The position numbers were made by a program, and so were the translations under genes. The notes under the pieces were generated by a model. The model was not told where the DNA came from and did no database searches. It saw only the letters and a list, made by a program, of their open reading frames with translations. A stretch of 63,376 bases of DNA, counting the filler, from Choristocarpus tenellus KU-1152 (lineage: Eukaryota; Protista; Phaeophyceae): the NCBI GenBank assembly GCA_964200185.2. It is 9 parts of 9 records of this genome, joined end to end, with 100 filler letters (N's around TTAATTAATTAA, not from the genome) between each part and the next. Parts side by side here need not be neighbours in the genome. Positions count along the whole stretch, not along the records: positions 57,600 to 60,677 come from CAXNAD020022485.1; positions 60,778 to 63,376 come from CAXNAD020026395.1; 7 more parts are not named here. One strand, 5' to 3'. Below, piece by piece: positions 57,600-63,376 of this stretch (the stretch's first letter is position 1; each line of letters begins with the position of its first letter).

Positions 57600-59352
57600 T
57601 GGATCACACTCTATGACACTCCAGGATACATCCTCCCTCCACATCCAAGAAGACAGACTGGAGAAATCCAGGAGATGGGGGGTGAATGGTAATGATAATG
57701 GAATCACCTGGATTGAAGGTGGAATAAGTGACGGTGATGGATCTAGTGACACCTGGGATAATGGTGAACTTATGGAGGTGATTGAGGACAGCATTTACGA
57801 TGACAACAAGGCGAAGGAGGATGAAGATAACAATGATGGTGATGATGATAGGATGGATGAAACCAAGGACAGCCAATGTGAAATGGAACTACGACGACTC
57901 AGCATTGGCAATGGTGAAAACAATATCCTACCCCACCGCACCACATCAGGCAATACTTCTGCCAAAGCTGCTGTGTTTTTGACATGTCCAAAATCAGAGA
58001 AGAGTTTTTTGTTCGTTTATGTGATTGGTGTGGAATATGGTCTGGAAAGATTGTACGTTTGATAAAAGCACTTTATGACACCAAACAGGCAAGCAGAGAG
58101 TTCAATAATCTGTTGGTGCACGTTTTGGAAAAGTGTGGTTTTGATCAATGTAGAGCAGACCCTTGTGTGTTACGCTATGTAAGAGATGGCGTTGTTTGTG
58201 CTGTGATAGCCCCCCACGTAGATGATCTTTTGGTAGCCGGTAAAATAGATGTTTTGATTTGGGTTCGCTCTAGGATTAAAGAGCAGTTTTCCATAGAAGA
58301 TTTTGGTGATATTGAGTATTATATGGGTTGTGAGATTTCACGTGACAGAAATGCACTGTTACCATCAGTCAGACTAGGTTCATTAAGAGTGTTTGTAAAA
58401 GATTTGGTATGGATGGGGCAAAGAAGAGGTTGGTACCCCATGATCTCTCAAGGGCTTTGGACAAGAGTGAGAATCATCCAAGTGTTGATGAAAATACACC
58501 ATACAGAGAGGCAGTTGGTAGTTTGATGTGGGCATCTGTTATGACTAGGCTTGACATTGCAAATGCAGTTCCTGAAGTTGCCAAGTACAGTAGCGATCCC
58601 AAAGTCACTCATTGGCGTGCAGTGAAATGTATTTTAGCATATTTGAATACGTGTCCCAGTGTTGGATTGAGGTTTGGTGGTTTTAATACTGAGTGTGAGT
58701 TGAGTGCATATGCTGATGCTAGTTATGCTGGAGAATGGAATGATCGTAGGTCAGTGACTGGAGGAGCAATTATGTTTGCAGGAGGAGCTCCAGCAATATC
58801 TTGGATGTCAAAGGTGCAAAGAGTTGTAGCTCTGTCTTCCACAGAGAGTGAATACACAGCACTTAGTAGTGTGGCACAGGAATTTTCTTGAGAAGTGTTT
58901 TTGAGTTTATTCAGCCGCAGTTTCCTAGGCGTTGCATTGATTTGTTTGAGGATAACGATGGTGCATGCAAACTAGTACTAAATGCCACGAGCTCCACTAG
59001 AATAAAGCACATTGATGTCCGACATCATTTTCTGAGGGGTTTATCTAGAAAAGGAGAGATTCGTGTTGTTTTTGTTGATACTGCAAACCAGAGGGCAGAT
59101 GTCTTGACCAAGAATTTGCCAGTTCGAGTTTTTAGACAACACGTGACACAACATTTGTGTGTTTTTTTTGTTTTTTTTATGATTGTTTGAGAGTTAATAC
59201 TTGTTTTCAGCAAGGGGAGGATGTCGAATAACCTAGTGTTGTCCTTATGTTGTTTGTGCTGACACAAGTATACAACATAGGTTATATGTACGTTTATATT
59301 TGGTTAGGTATGATACAGAGTACGTACGTGAATAAAATATAATAAGTCAACA
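57600..59352 (+). mobile_element. Ty1/Copia LTR retrotransposon, 3' part (frameshifted RT and RNase H, PPT, 3' LTR)
   Basis: KALYDTKQASREFN, DPCVL, HVDDLLVAG, YREAVGSLMW, YADASYA, RRSVTG, VALSSTESEY, EDNDGA, RIKHIDVRHHF and QRADVLTK across three frames. PPT AAGGGGAGGA lies at about 59212-59221. Confidence 0.93.
59222..59352 (+). repeat. Putative 3' LTR (131 bp)
   Basis: Starts TGTCGA immediately after the PPT, ends TCAACA (imperfect inverted termini) and contains AATAAA. The 5' LTR is not in the contig. Confidence 0.65.
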
Positions 59353-59719
59353 TTAATCCACACGTCAGTGATGATGGATGATGGGCAATTAATAATTCAG
59401 TGTGTGCTTTATCATGTAATTCAACTGCCAGCTTCCGACGATGAGCCTCATGTGGGCCAAGCTTCTCAACATCCTGTTGCGTTTTCGAAGAGGGGTTCTT
59501 CTCAGCATTTGCCACGATATTGAATCACTCATGGGTATAGTATGTAGACTTATCCCTGGGCTTACACCCTACCCTAACTAACCCTGCATATGTCCAAAGA
59601 CCGAATGCCAGTGACCAGAGTTGAACCCGACTTATTTCCAGAGAGTCCACACTTCCAGTTGCCTCTATTAGGTCTTCTCCCATCTGGCCTCCCCCCCCAT
59701 CTGGTTTTCCTCTAGCGAT

Positions 59720-59977
59720 GAGTGAAAGTATCTTAGAGGGTACAAGTTTTGCCCTGTTTGCCCGTTTGAGGCTTGGGTTCCCACGAGTTTTTTTTATGAC
59801 TTTTCCTACTCTGAAACAATTTGGAGTAGAAAAATGTGTACTTTATGAAAAGCATGTCCAGAGCAAGGATATTGACACTTACTAACAAACACGATAGCCA
59901 AAATTACACCAAATTTCGCAACATTGGATTTTGGCCGCCAAACGGACGTGGCTCTACCCTCTAAGAAAATTTGACTC
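59720..59977. mobile_element. MITE family A, copy 4
   Basis: GAGTGAAAGTATCTTAGAGGGTAC ... CTACCCTCTAAGAAAATTTGACTC; flanks GAT/AAT; 258 bp. Confidence 0.85.
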
Positions 59978-59989
59978 AATAATCCCCTT

Positions 59990-60340
59990 TTCCAACTCTC
60001 TAAGCTACCTTGAAAGGGACTGGGCAGTCGAGAGGAGGGTGCGCAGATCTGATGCTACATATGACTCCAGAACATTGATATCCAGACCAGCCACATCTGC
60101 TGACATGCACGATTCTGGATCCGCCGAGAACACAGCAACATGCTTGCTAGCCTGGTCTACAACTTCCTCTATAGCAGAGAATGCATTCCACGCTCTACAC
60201 ACCAAACATAATAGAGGTGGCAACAGCCCAGTATCGAAAAGGCGTTTTGGTAAATCCTCCTTTACGTCAAGATCCTACTTCTTGATGGCGGCCATCAGCC
60301 TGTCTACCTACCTATGAATACACTGAGTATAGACTCAATT
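59990..60340 (-). mobile_element. Decayed retrotransposon gag-like fragment
   Basis: VDRLMAAIKK*DLDVKEDLPKRLFDTGLLPPL resembles the gag capsid '...F..GL.p.l' helix; contains an in-frame stop. Confidence 0.35.
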
Positions 60341-60777
60341 ATCCTCATTTGGGTTTTGGCGTGTACCATAACAGTCCTAGTAGTGTAGAATATAGGTGGG
60401 AGGACAAACTCAGTGATGACTGCTCCGACAACTTCAGTTCAAGACCGACCCACAACTCCATCGAAGAAAACCTTTACTGGTTCTCCTACTTCCCCTTGGG
60501 ATACAGAAAGGGGAGGAACCAAAAGCAAAACTTGTCGAGGGTCTTTTCGTACTCAGCACTTGCTGAGGGGTGGAAATCACTTTTTTGGTGTTACAGTTGA
60601 TGACAAAAAGCGTTAAGTCGGGGAGGCTGCAGTACTGACCCAAAGTAACGGGGGGGGGGTGGGTGGGTCTACACTAGNNNNNNNNNNNNNNNNNNNNNNN
60701 NNNNNNNNNNNNNNNNNNNNNTTAATTAATTAANNNNNNNNNNNNNNNNNNNNNNNNNNNNNNNNNNNNNNNNNNNN

Positions 60778-60836
60778 CCAAGCCCCACAAATGGACAAAC
60801 AGGGAAAAATTCGTACCCTCTAAGATAGTTTCACTC
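60778..60836. mobile_element. MITE family A, terminal fragment at contig start
   Basis: CAAATGGACAAACAGGG...GTACCCTCTAAGATAGTTTCACTC. Confidence 0.8.
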
Positions 60837-61314
60837 TTGCTGGTCCTCTTTTTGCTGACTGGTACATTGAAAATAAACAAAAAGGTATTGAGAATGACCT
60901 ATTGTGGAAAAGTTAAAAATCTTATTTGCTAAAATCTTTTGCCTGATGAGAGAGCAGTAACTAATGCATCTCCAAAGTGAACATCTCCAAAGTGAAAGCG
61001 TCATTAATGCAGAGGTGGTTTGTACAGAAATTGAGGAGAATTTTTTTTTGAAGAGGAAGATAAAGCAGCAAACTACTGCTAACTGCAAGGGCAGAGTCCT
61101 TTACTGGTATACAGCTATAGCAAGAATCAAACAGAAAATAAATTTGCAAGCTAGGGTTAGTACCCCAGTCGGGATGGGGTTAGGGTTATAGGGTAAAGAG
61201 GATGTGTCCTGAATGAAAGTAATCTTGAACCATCTCTGCTGTTGACCACGGGCACTTTGTGATCCAATTTGACCTTTTGACCCCCCCCCCACGATTGTGC
61301 ACTCTTGGAACCAG

Positions 61315-61460
61315 CGTGGCGAAGAAGAGTCAATGGGTATCTCTGCTGCCAATGACCCTGCGGTGATGTCGGAGATTGTGTGTCGACAGGTGAGACCGTT
61401 GTCTGTCCTCACTTACGTCTGTGAGTGTCCTCTCCTCTCCTCTCCTCTCCTCTCCTTTCT

Positions 61461-61497
<37 letters not shown>

Positions 61498-62247
61498 GAA
61501 GTCTCTGTGTCCTGGTACGGAGAGATGTAATCATAATAATAATCATGATAATCATAATAATCAGAATAATAATAATCATAATCGTAATAATCATAATAAT
61601 CATAATAATCATAATGGACCCTTTTTAATTGATTCCTGTATGTGTGTGATGTGTATGTATGTATATGTATATGTGTATGTGTATGTATATGTAGTACTCT
61701 AGGAGTACATGTTATTTTTTTCTTCTGTGCATGTACTGATTGTACTTGGTACTTGGTACTTGATTTTTGTTATCAATTTTCAGGGTTCAAATGTGGAGTA
61801 GAGTAATAGTACGTCAGTACCATAATAAAAGAAAGGAATGACAAGGTATATTGCCACCCATCCTGCCCCTCGCCACCAACCCCCCTTCCATCCCTCACTC
61901 CTTCAAAGTTCATCCCCAACTCTTCCTACCCGCTCTTTGATATTTTCAGAGTCCCCCCCCCCTCCCACAGTGGACAATTTTTGAGGGATTGACTCTGTGT
62001 ATGAACATGTGAGGAGCGTCTACCTCCAATTCAACAATCTTGTGCCCATTTGAAAACATGCCTACACATCACCCTTCCACTGAACTAAGAACACACCATC
62101 AACATGAATCACGTACACAATCTTCAGGTGAAGGTGTTCTTGTCTGAGATGGCCCCCATAGGAATGGGCTGGCGCACAGCCCTGCGCTATGTGGAGGTGG
62201 TGTCGCTACAGTATCAGCTTCCCGCAGAGAAGAAGCACCGCCTCCAG
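61315..62247 (+). CDS. Two internal exons of an unidentified protein-coding gene
   Basis: Exons 61315-61389 (RGEEESMGISAANDPAVMSEIVCRQ) and 62128-62247 (VKVFLSEMAPIGMGWRTALRYVEVVSLQYQLPAEKKHRLQ). Both are AG/GT bounded, phase 0, and GC-richer than their flanks. Confidence 0.6.
61429..61692. repeat. Compound microsatellite block in an intron
   Basis: (TCTCC)n, (TGTATG)n, (AATCAT/AAT)n and again (TGTATG/TATATG)n. Confidence 0.9.
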
Positions 62248-63376
62248 GTTATGAAACCCCCTATTTTTATTATTTTTGTACCCTGTGTAGTGTATTATGT
62301 CCATATATTTTTTTTACATGTTTCATTTTTGCTTCGTCCAGTACCTTGTACTAATTATGTATGTAATTATATATGTCATTAGTCAGGTATCAGACAAGCT
62401 TACTGTCGTGGGAAATATATATATATATATATATATGTGTGTTTGTATTTATATTTGCATTTGTATTTATATCTATATCTATATATTCATCTTTGACCGG
62501 CGTCCTTTCTTCACAGGTGCCTTCATTTTACCCATGTACCCAGCCTTGTATTTGTATTTGTATTTATATTTATATTTATATATATATATTTCATTTTAAT
62601 TTTATTTTTATGTTCTGCGTATTCTTGTTGACTTAAGTGCACTGTAGATTTTGATGGGATAAGTCCCTTTTTTTGAGATGCCCTCTCTAGGTCACATGAA
62701 CCAGGAAGGTGGTCCTCCAGGAGTTGGTTCTCTCAGGAAGCAAACCCCAGTTTGGTTTTAGAGACCTTGACAAGGCATTACCTTTTCCTGTCTCTGTTCC
62801 GGTTCCATGTCGTTTACACATGAAAGGTCATGTTATGATACGTGTTGGATGGGGGTGATGCTGAGTGTTCGATGCACCAGCAACCTGCCTAGTATTGGTG
62901 CAGGCGTTTGTTGCACTGTGTGGATAGTGGTTTGACGCTTGTGTAGACGGTTTCTTTTTTGGTCCTCTGTTAGTGTTCGTGTTCTTAGTGGTAAGGGTTA
63001 GGGTTAGGTGCGTGTTGTTTTTTGGGCATGGTAAGAAAGAAAGGCTTGAGATTGAATAGATGCTCAAGAGGGCCGGCCTGTATGGTAGGGTTAGGGTTGC
63101 CTCCGACATAACTCCTAGTACAGTTGTAAGTACACACTAATGTGTACTTACAAACGTTTAAAAAGTGTATGCACAGAAAAACATACAAGTGAATACATTC
63201 ACACGCTCACTCGTCTATATTAGAGCGGTCATGAAAGCACGGGGGATTACGAGGGGCGATCGGAGGGAGGGAGGGAGGGAGGGGGGGGGGGGGGGGGACA
63301 TCAAAAAAGGTAATGTCGAGTGGTTATTATAGTAAAAAAAAAAAGAGTATTTGTTTTTATGGCTAATGAAAAATGG

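Noticed and set aside
59600-59680. tRNA gene on the minus strand (GGGTTCAACTCTGGTCACTGGCA, B-box-like)
   Set aside because: No cloverleaf or A box could be built. At most a decayed tRNA-derived SINE head.
61409-62636. ORFs with MIIMII, YVYVYV or ICICI repeats
   Set aside because: Translations of intronic microsatellites.

Overview
Eukaryotic, intron-rich genomic DNA with GT-AG introns and TTAGGG-type repeats. The gene style suggests a stramenopile, probably a brown alga or relative (inference). The window is not continuous: nine contigs are joined by artificial 100-bp linkers (N-TTAATTAATTAA-N), so adjacency across linkers means nothing. Genes rebuilt by hand from splice sites: partial sorbitol dehydrogenase (+), an 8-exon JmjC (KDM5/JARID1-like) histone demethylase fragment (-) that the ORF track shows only as scattered pieces, a coiled-coil protein (-), complete RPL22 (-) head-to-head with complete MRT4 (+), a very large separase (-) with a SAP-like motif inserted ahead of the catalytic dyad, complete COX10 (+), a partial TOM1-like/GAT protein (+), an importin-7/8-like acidic tail (-) and two exons of an unknown gene (+). 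The rest is decayed Ty3/Gypsy and Ty1/Copia sequence (one copy with PPT and 3' LTR), at least three related MITE families with GRG...CYC termini, several minisatellites and telomere-variant tracts. I found no convincing wholly new multi-gene system. The best leads are the SAP-containing separase, the MITE group, and telomere repeats seeded inside a MITE terminus and in introns.
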